DNA of 44,052 bases, the filler included, from Jimgerdemannia flammicorona (taxonomy: Eukaryota), in the NCBI GenBank assembly GCA_003990765.1. It is 2 parts of 2 records of this genome, joined end to end, with 100 filler letters (N's around TTAATTAATTAA, not from the genome) between each part and the next. Parts side by side here need not be neighbours in the genome. Positions count along the whole stretch, not along the records: positions 22,080 to 44,052 come from RBNJ01001355.1; 1 more part is not named here. One strand, written 5' to 3'. The notes under the pieces are model-generated. The model did no database searches. It was not told the origin of the DNA and worked only from the letters and a program-made list of their open reading frames with translations. Position numbers and translations under genes: made by a program. Position 1 is the stretch's first letter. Each line of letters begins with the position of its first letter. Shown piece after piece: positions 36,064 to 44,052 of the stretch.

Positions 36064-36719
36064 GGCCTCTTCACATATGAATGCGATTGGTGGGCCTTCG
36101 GAAGCATATGCTTCCTTTGAGCCAAACCCATGTCCCACATTAGATTCATTTTATATAGAACACTATTCATCTCACATTAGCCTCCTCATGCATGGGACAC
36201 TTTGATATAGTTGTGAACATAGTTCAAAATGCAGCAAAGTGGCCATTGTGCTTAACACTTGTACATCTAACATTCATCACGCAATGCAACTACCATCTTA
36301 GATTAGTCAGTTTCAATCGCTTCCTGCACCCTACCATGCACTTAAATATTCATGTAACATAATCATGCAATCCACCATCTTAGCTTAGTCAGTTTCAATC
36401 ACTTTCTACACCCTACTTTAGCTAGCCCAAGCTCCAACCACATGCCCAAGAGTTAGGCAGTGGCCACACATTTCCCTCAACATACTCTAGCAATCATCGT
36501 TAGTAATTCATATCAATCGATTTCATGCACTCCTCCCACCCATCCCCCTTTGGAACAATAAATGTGTGCCCGGCCTCTTCGCATACAAATGCAATTGGTG
36601 GGCCTTTGGAAGCATATGATTCCTTTGAGCCAAACCCATGTCCCACATTAGATTCATTTTATATAGAACACTATTTATCTCACATTAGCCTCCTCATGCA
36701 TGGGATACTTTGCAATAGT
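36064..36719 (+). repeat. Ngaro 3' repeat block B1-A2-spacer-B2
   Basis: B1 36064-36211, A2 36207-36531, a 40-bp spacer containing AATAAA, B2 36572-36719. Confidence 0.92.
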
Positions 36720-36794
36720 ATATATGTGCTTGTTCTGATCTCTGTCTTTCTTGTGCTCAAGTTTAGTGATCTTGGTAGTGGTATAGGCTTCTCT

Positions 36795-37205
36795 TCCAGT
36801 AGATCCAAAGTCTTGTTCTTCTCTCTTGATTTTGATAAGTTTGATGGCTTCAGTGATCTTAGGCTTCTTGATTTCATGGATCAGCATCTGGCCAATCCTG
36901 TTATGCTTCTTGACTTTGAATTGGGTGGTGGGGTTGTAATTCCTGACTATAAGGAAGATCTCACTAGTATAATTAGGGTCAATTACTCTTCCTTTAACTG
37001 AGATTTCACTTTTGGCCAGACTGCTTCTGGTCTTGATAATTCTAGCATGGTTGTCTGACAACTTGACTCCAATTCTAGTGCCAAGTAGGGTGGTGGTCTG
37101 TGGTTCAAGAGTAGTATCTTGAATGCTGGCAAGGTCTATTTCTATGGCTCCTTCAGTCTTGTATTCTGAGATCTTGGCTTTGGGGTAGAACTTCTTGACC
37201 TTGAG
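36795..37205 (-). pseudogene. dUTPase domain of element B, between protease and RT
   Basis: LKVKKFYPKAK..EYKTEGAIEIDL...KTRSSLA...GRVIDPNYTSEI...HNRIGQML...REEQDFGSTG gives motifs I-V; no stop within the domain. Confidence 0.9.
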
Positions 37206-37559
37206 AGCAATATCTGGTTCTTGTTCCTATTCATCATCACTGTCAGCTTGAAGCTCAGGGGGCTGATTATCTTCTTCAGCTTTTCTTTTTGCTTCAGCAG
37301 CTTCTTGCTCATGTTTCTGTTGATGGATTTTCCTAACTTCACTGATACAGGACCAGCAGTTATTCAGATGTTCAGAGCAGTACATCCTAGTACCATGGGG
37401 GCAACTTTCTTGAGGGGCATAGCCATTGATGATCTTGTTGTACCACTACTCATCTGTGAGCTTAGGTGTCTTGTTCTTGTTCTTGTTCACTGAGTGCATA
37501 AAGACTTCTGTGTCCTCCTTATCTTCTTTCTCTATGTCTGGTAGAACTCCTTTGTAGAC

Positions 37560-39774
37560 ATTAATAGAGACTTGTACCTTTCTTCCTCTATAGTTGATCT
37601 GCATCTTCTGGATATTGAGGTCAATGATAGCCTTGGCCTTGTGAAGCCATTGGTTGCCAATAAGGATGTCATAGTTGGTGACACTTGTAACAATCACATC
37701 TACTGAGATGATAGCTCTTCCTATCTTGATGGGGACTTCTCAGATTTTGCCAAAGAGGATAGTTTGTATATCATCTGCTATAATATAGACCATCTTGGTA
37801 GACTCTTCAATATCTCAGCCTAGGCAGTCAATTGCCTTCTTGCTCATAAGGTATCCTCCAGTACTAGTATCAATAATGGTATCAAAGATATAATCTTCAA
37901 TCTGACATGGGGTATAGGCTAATATCATGTGCTGGTCTTCAGATTCTTTACCTGAGTCTTCTTGATCATCTTCTTGTATATTGTGAGCTTCTACAATCTT
38001 GTACTCTTGATTCTTAGCAGTAGTTGCAAGTCCTACTCTCAACTGCTATCTGAAGGTAGGAACTTCAGCTAGCTGTCCAAAAGTAGCATTGATCTTCTGT
38101 TCTTTGAGGTTCTTGTAGATATCATACTGGTAGATCTTGGTCTTACACAGCTTCTATTCCTTTTTGCTTTTACTTTCTCCTGAGACTGGAGTAGTATCTT
38201 CAATGATTTGGCAGACAGCTTCATCTAACTCCATATCTTGATCAATCTCCTCAGATTGGATCTTGCTTTGAATAGTGATAGCTGGAGTCTTCTTTGGTCT
38301 TCCAACTGGCTTACTATTGCTCTTCTTGTCATAGGGCTTGGACTGTGTAACATTTTAGCGTAGTTTATTCTTTTTCTTTGTCTTTCTTCAATATTCTACG
38401 ACCTTCTGGTACTTTCCGAATGCTTAGAAATCCTTTCTTGGCGCTGAGCATTAACTAGTACTTATTTAGTTAGTCACTGAATATCCTGAAAACTTGTAGA
38501 ACTTTATTTGTCATCATTTGTCATCTTTGCCGAGAACTTTCCTCTTGGCATTTTCCTTTGATTTCTCAGATCCTTCCGAATCCTTCTTTCAGATCTTGTA
38601 TAAATATCCCCTTTGTTCTCATGAATAAAGTCTCAGAATATTTTCTCCCAGAAATCCTTTGAGAATACTTGAATCCTTAGTACCTCTTCGAGTTACTTAG
38701 GACCACCAGAATTAGTCGCTTCCTCATTTAGAAACTAGAACCATTACAGACTGGGTTCTGGTACCTTCAGTAGCAGGGTAGAATTTGAGCTCCTTATAGT
38801 ATTTTTTATCATCAGTATCACCAATCTCCTCAATGACTACTGCATTGGTTTATTCTCTAGTTCTGCTAGCATTGCTTGGTTGGGCTTTGCATCTTGGTTC
38901 AGTTATGCAACTCTTTGCATAGTGGCCTTCTTTTCTGCATCTAAAGTATATGATATTGTATTCTTCTATAGCAGCTGCAAATCTCTGCACTAGTTTCCTA
39001 TTAGTACTTCAGACTTCTCTAACAACATCACCAAGGTGTGCAGTCATCTTGGCAAACTGCTTGACAAGTTCCTCCACTGAGTCAGCTTTGGCTGTCTTGA
39101 GGGTAGATGGAGATAGTTGTCTATTTATAACTGTAGTGGGTATAATACTAGTTGGCTTTGATGGCTCTATCTTGATGCTAGTTATTTTCTCTATTGAGTA
39201 TTCAGTGGGGTATCTGGCAGTTCAATATCTCTGTACAAAGACTACTTTCTGATCAAGGGTCAGTGCAGCTAAAGTAGACTGAATTGCTAGGGCAATTTCA
39301 GAGTGAACTCCTTTGAGAAAGATTGAATCTACTATTTGTTCCTTAAGGGCATCATCATAGCCAGCCAAGACAATCTGGTGGCAGATTCAGATATAGAATG
39401 AGTTGAGATCTTCACTGAGACTCTAGCAGATAGTATTGAGTTAATCCTTGAGAGCTTGTTTGATCTTTTCAGTATAGTATGTTGTTCTGAGAAAGGCCTT
39501 CATATTGGCAAGTTTGCTGCACAATTATCAGCAATAGTAACCACATTGAACTTGTCTCTGGTAGGTCCTCTGAGGCTGACAGATAGAAGAGCCAATTGTG
39601 CATCTACATCAAGAACTTGTACAGTGGTGAATTGTTCAAAGTCTTCAATGAAGATCAGGATTGACTCTTCAGTAGTATATCTATAGAATGTGGGGGAGAT
39701 ACATTTCCATCTTGTCTTGAATTCTTGCAGGGGTGACTCTTGTAGTCAGAGTAGTTGTTGTGGTGATTGTTCAT
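37560..39774 (-). pseudogene. Element B gag and aspartic protease, interrupted by a solo LTR
   Basis: Zinc knuckle YFRCRKEGHYAKSC (~38900-38945); TIIDTSTG (protease DTG remnant) and YDILIGNQWL. Confidence 0.82.
38346..38748 (+). repeat. Solo LTR (403 bp) related to the element A LTRs
   Basis: TGTAAC...ATTACA with perfect TSD GACTG (38341-38345, 38749-38753). Shares CAGAATATTTTCTCCCAGAAATCCT and AGAAACTAGAA..TTACA with the element A LTRs. Confidence 0.92.
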
Positions 39775-39809
39775 TTTTCAGCTTGAAAGTAAGGGATTCA
39801 TCTTGAATC

Positions 39810-39827
39810 ACCAGCCAATGGGCACCA
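39810..39827 (-). promoter_or_regulatory. Putative primer binding site of element B (tRNA not assigned)
   Basis: Minus strand TGGTGCCCATTGGCTGGT, 3 nt after the 5' LTR. Confidence 0.55.
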
Positions 39828-39830
39828 AGT

Positions 39831-41364
39831 TGTCATGTAGTAGTTGCTGAGTCCTTCAAATATATCAGATCTCTTCAAGGTATATCTCTTAGACTAACTC
39901 AAGTTTGTTATAAGCAAGTTCTTATTAGAGTGCCTTCCCAAGGTCTTATAGTCCTCAAACTTCTTATCTTTAAACTGTCTTATTATCTCTTTAGATTGCT
40001 TGCAAGAAATTATATATATTGTACTGAGAGGAACTGACTTTATTTCAGAGGAAATAAGAGAAGTATTTATATAAAATATAATTCAATGGTTGCTAAGATA
40101 TAAAGCTAAATATAAATTCTAATAACTAAAATAAAATGCCAGAACATGGAAAACTGCTAAGTTCCAATATTGGCACTAATAGTTACACAGGTTCAGGATA
40201 CTAGTATAATTTCAGTAGTATAGAAAAATAGTACTGTTATACAGAAAAAGAGTGCTGGCATAATTCAGTATAACTAAGAAACTTAGAGCAGAATGTTCAA
40301 GACTATAGGGGCTTCATCCTCACCAGAGGTCAGAATATCTTCAAAGGAGATAAGATCTGCAAATATTTCATCTGTCTCATCATCATTACATAGGTCACAC
40401 ATTTTGCTTATATCATATGAGATGATGTCATTGCTGATGATATCATTATGTTTAGCAGGGAAATCAGGGGTTTTCCAATCTATGAGATTCTCTTCTATGA
40501 AATAGGAAACAAATGTGGGGTCTTGGGGAGGTCTAATCTGGATGCTTGGGCCTTGGAATACTGAGATCAATCCTTGCAGGAATTGGTCTGGGTTGTTCTG
40601 GAGGATGAGATGTCAGAAGTCTTCTATTTCATCACTATTGAGGGTGATAGTGGACTGGGCTTCTGTAGCCACTCTGGCTTCTAGTATATTGATATAGCAG
40701 GCTGACAGGTCTCTGAAGTCTGAGACTCTAACATACTCCAAGTTGGGGATCAATCATAGTACATGCCTGAAGATCTGATGGATCTTCTTAGCTGTCCTTA
40801 TTTTGTATATATCCATGGAAGTGGCATCTTGTAACTCTTGAGGGCTGGCCTGTGGGAACTCCCAGCAGAGGAGGTTTCCTATTTCATACTCCTGCCACAT
40901 TTGGAGACATTCAGTAGCAATGGTGATCCTTGTTTCCATTTCACAATAATAGAGAATATAGTGATAAGGGTCACTAGTGCCCAGGTTGACACTAGGAGTC
41001 CTTCTTGTGTGGGTCCTCATGGCTCTTCTGATGTCTTGGAACATCCTTTCTTTGACTGAGGTACCTTGGTAGTTCCTTGACCTTGAGGTTTGGCAAGCAG
41101 CAGACATTTCATTTGTGGTAAGTCTTTGAGCTATTTTGAGATTGGTGGGTCTTGTTGAGTTGCTGCTATTGCAGTTCCTTGATCCTTCTTTTATATTCCT
41201 CAAGATATCTGAACTGTGGTTACAATGACTCACAGTTGGTCATCATTACTCATCTCATAGCCTGAGTGAGTCATCCCATATGATCTTCCTGTGCTCTGAT
41301 CTGGTGGCTTACAAGGGATTGCTGTCTCCTGTGCTAATGTCATCATTCTGAGGTCACCATTACA
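39831..41364 (-). repeat. 5' LTR of element B (1534 bp)
   Basis: Direct repeat of 27175-28753, followed by ATAT. Confidence 0.94.
40283..41233 (-). pseudogene. Second copy of the LTR-embedded ORF
   Basis: 40754-41233 and 40283-40570 are in frame; two internal TGA seen; same 951-nt span as the other copy. Confidence 0.65.
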
Positions 41365-42236
41365 ATATATACAATAGTTGTTGATGAGGCTCCCATTTAA
41401 ATAGAGTTTGAATGGGTTCCTTATCCAGCTTTGGGATGGATTACAGTGAGATTCCTTGCAGCGGGTGCGTCTTGCAACATTGTGGAACAGCCGAAACCAT
41501 GAACAGGTTCTGGACGCGTCATACATACGTTTCAGCTTTGTTCGAATAACGATCTATCTCCATTTCTCTGCCCAACATCTGCCGCTTGCGTGCATTCGAG
41601 AGAACGACTTTATGTATAAACGTGTCTGCTTACGAGCAAAGCGAAGCACAGGAAGCTGCTGCGTGATTATTGCCGTTTCGCTATTTTACTGAGTCTACCA
41701 ATAAACGGGGCATTTTCTTCAGTGCACGTCCTATCGTAAAGATAGTATTAACATTGAACAAGCGGGAACCAATTTATTTATGCCCTTTGGTCTGAGCGGG
41801 GTAAGACCAGGGGATTATTACAAATGTAGAAAAACCGCCAAATCCGACCACCCTGGTGGAAAATGGTACATCATGCCATGACGAAAACTGCGGGGGGCAA
41901 ATCCTGTATTGAGAACCCGCCTTCTCGAAATAGGCGCATTTATATTTTCGCGTTGTCCTTGAGTGCCGTGTCCATGTCGATCGGTCTACTTGTGACAATC
42001 GTGATTTTTATTTTAAAATAATTGTTCATAGGAAATCTACTGAACATAATAATCTAAATTGTAATTGTAGATGGTGCATGTTGCCATTTTAAAATTGGTA
42101 AGCTAGTTTGCATAATTCAATTGGGAATGCTGCATAACAAACAATATATGCTTAGTGTATAAAGGGGTGAACGGAGATGGAAAGTCTGTCTATATATTTT
42201 TATAAAGCCAACAATATGCTTTAAGCGGATACGGTT

Positions 42237-43518
42237 TCATTTTAATTTTTGCAGTTGCTGGAGTTGGTGGCGAGAATAAAACCGACTAATAGGTTGAGAC
42301 GTCATATTCTCTGAATGACCGGGTCCCACTTGGTCAGACGTCAACTCCTTCTGGTTTCCCGGCTGAAGCTCCTCAATGAATGACATTGTCCGCGTCGAAA
42401 ACGGAATGGCTGCACTCTTGAAGGAACTACGCCAACACGCCAACTGATGATAAACCTGCCACATGTACGGCCGCTGTGCAGGATCTTCACGCCAACACTC
42501 TCTCAGCACCGCCTCAAACTCCGCTGGCGCGTCTGGGACTATGTTCTCACGCAATCGATCTGGGTTTCTCGCGACGGCAATGGACGCGTTATCTCGTGGT
42601 GGTACCCCCGTGACCTGCCAGAGCAGGGTTGTAAAGTAGTAGATGTCAGACGTAGGTGTCTGTGCCCCCCAGATGAGAGCTCGGGGAGAGGTACTCGAGC
42701 CGGCCATAAATTCCTGTAGAATGACTGATGTCGTTGAAGGATCGGGAGATCCCGACATCAATCAGAACCGGCATGTCTTAATGAGCGTATATCACGTTGC
42801 CAGAGTGGAGGTCATGATGACTGTAGCCAAAGAGGTGGAGCTCGAAGAGACGTTGCGCGAGGAGTGTGGACTTGTGCGCGATCTGCAACCAGTTAGTAGT
42901 TTGATGTGCGGCGGATGTTTCAAGAGTGCCATGGTGCGCGAAGGCAAAAACCATTTGGTAGACGTGAGTTGTGGGATGTTGGGAAAGGCCAAAGAGAGGG
43001 ACAGTCGGGGAACTTTGGCCATTGGTCGTCAGGCAGGTGTTGAGGGCAAGCTATGTATATATATGAAAGAGATGTTGTTTGCTAAATCAAAGATCAATTA
43101 TTCATGTACTTAAACTGCAATGAGCGAGGGCGAAACACGTATATACCTCGAATTCCATTCCTTGCTTCAACTCTTTGAGTGCGAAATGCACTGCGGGCTT
43201 CCCGTTGTCAGCAGCGATAGTTCCCTCGTAAACCTTAGCAAACCCACCTTCACCAATAATTTGATATTGGTGAATTTTTCGGCGAGGAACCAGACAAGAT
43301 AGTCGATGAGCTGCGGCACGCCGAGCAGAGAGAGATGAGTGAAGGGTTTGGCATGGATCTGTGAACTGGAGCTTGAGGCGGTGGATAATTACCTGTACCG
43401 AGTCACTGAGGTTGGCGAAGGGGGTGAACCGTGCAAGTAGAGAAGCAAGACGGTGGGAAGTTTCTGGTTGAGCAAGTCCATATCAAGCGATAGGAGAAGG
43501 TGGTCGGGTGAAAGTCAT
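42237..43518 (-). pseudogene. Tyrosine-kinase-like protein kinase pseudogene, two exons (putative intron 43051-43146)
   Basis: LVWF.AEKFTNI, IGEGGFAKVY, FALKEL, GT..AG intron, LFGLSQHP, HHDLHSGNV, LIDVG, YGRLEYLSP, SDIY, LRECWREDPAQRP. Frameshifts and one TAA. TATATAAA at ~43550. Confidence 0.88.
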
Positions 43519-44052
43519 GATGAGTTCGACAGACCTTGGCAATTTGCGGTTTATATACGTGGGTAGGTGGGAGACGGGACGCGCAACAATCCACTGCAGC
43601 GTCTGAAGCCGAATTACAGAGATAGACGAGCAATTTGCGATATTTGTGTAACAACGGAGCAGGGTTCGCGATTTTCTCTTCAATTTTTGACACCATAAAA
43701 AGCGAACCGCCCACAAATCATCCCATGACAAAAGCAGATCGGATCTATCGAAATGTGTAGGACCCCCATATATCCACATACCTAAGTAAAAGCCAAACCA
43801 GATAGCTTATCGTCCCCCTCCAGCATACCGCACAACTTAGCCATTCGGCGCACGCCGCCCGCATGTTCAAAAAATGCCTTTTAACGGCAATTCCCGACCG
43901 CCTTTACCTGGAATGATCCTAAAGTTCTGTGGTGTTCAATCGGTCACAACAGCCTTCCGAACAGACAGACAGACCGAACAAAGCCTCGTGCGCGAGAAAT
44001 CGAATGCATAACAGAATGTGCCGTTTCCGTCAAACAGAACAAACATCATATT

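Larger units (their letters stand above)
31747..36719 (+). mobile_element. Ngaro-type (DIRS order) tyrosine-recombinase retrotransposon with split direct repeats A1-ORFs-B1-A2-B2
   Basis: A1 31747-32071 repeats as A2 36207-36531 (325 bp); B1 36064-36211 repeats as B2 36572-36719 (148 bp). Gag, RT/RH and YR ORFs are present. Removing it restores the host pol frame (KHIYTI*KNFPLKEKHL). Confidence 0.93.
27175..41364 (-). mobile_element. Ty3/gypsy LTR retrotransposon (element B): gag-PR-dUTPase-RT-RH-IN with long ORF-bearing LTRs, defunct
   Basis: Paired TG...CA LTRs 27175-28753 and 39831-41364, apparent 4-bp TSD ATAT, PBS at 39827, PPT at 28754, and pol motifs on the minus strand. Confidence 0.94.

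Noticed and set aside
36675..36714. C-terminal AKYPMHEEANVR of the 128-aa dUTPase ORF, suggesting a standalone dUTPase gene
   Set aside because: It is read-through into Ngaro repeat B2. The true frame continues at 31746 into RT.
1..44052. Species assignment, prokaryotic defence systems, rRNA/tRNA genes, ribozymes
   Set aside because: Content points to a fungus but does not identify it. I recognised no operons, CRISPR arrays, RNA genes or ribozyme cores by eye; covariance-model searches were not possible.

Overview
Eukaryotic, most likely fungal, repeat-rich window. Most of it is a nest of dead retroelements riddled with C>T/G>A transitions and almost free of CpG (RIP-like mutation). It holds (i) L1-clade LINEs: one full-length copy with a 16-bp TSD at 8347-14249, a truncated inverted copy, and an old copy with a twin-priming 5' inversion; (ii) a Ty3/gypsy chromovirus, element A (7027-20677, 464-bp LTRs, TSD AGTTT), with a dUTPase between Gag and protease, itself hosting two LINE insertions and a hAT-type MITE; (iii) a second Ty3/gypsy element B on the minus strand (27175-41364, ~1.55-kb LTRs that each contain a ~317-codon decayed ORF), with a dUTPase between protease and RT, hosting a complete Ngaro-type tyrosine-recombinase retrotransposon (31747-36719) and a solo LTR. 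Two CpG-rich host segments (23083-27174, 41365-44052), adjacent before element B inserted, carry decayed tyrosine-kinase-like kinase paralogs and a pair of small orphan genes with N-myristoylation motifs. Only one of these (25580-26101) looks intact. A 100-bp artificial scaffold linker at 21980-22079 means contiguity across it is unproven. All calls come from reading the sequence by eye; no database searches were run.
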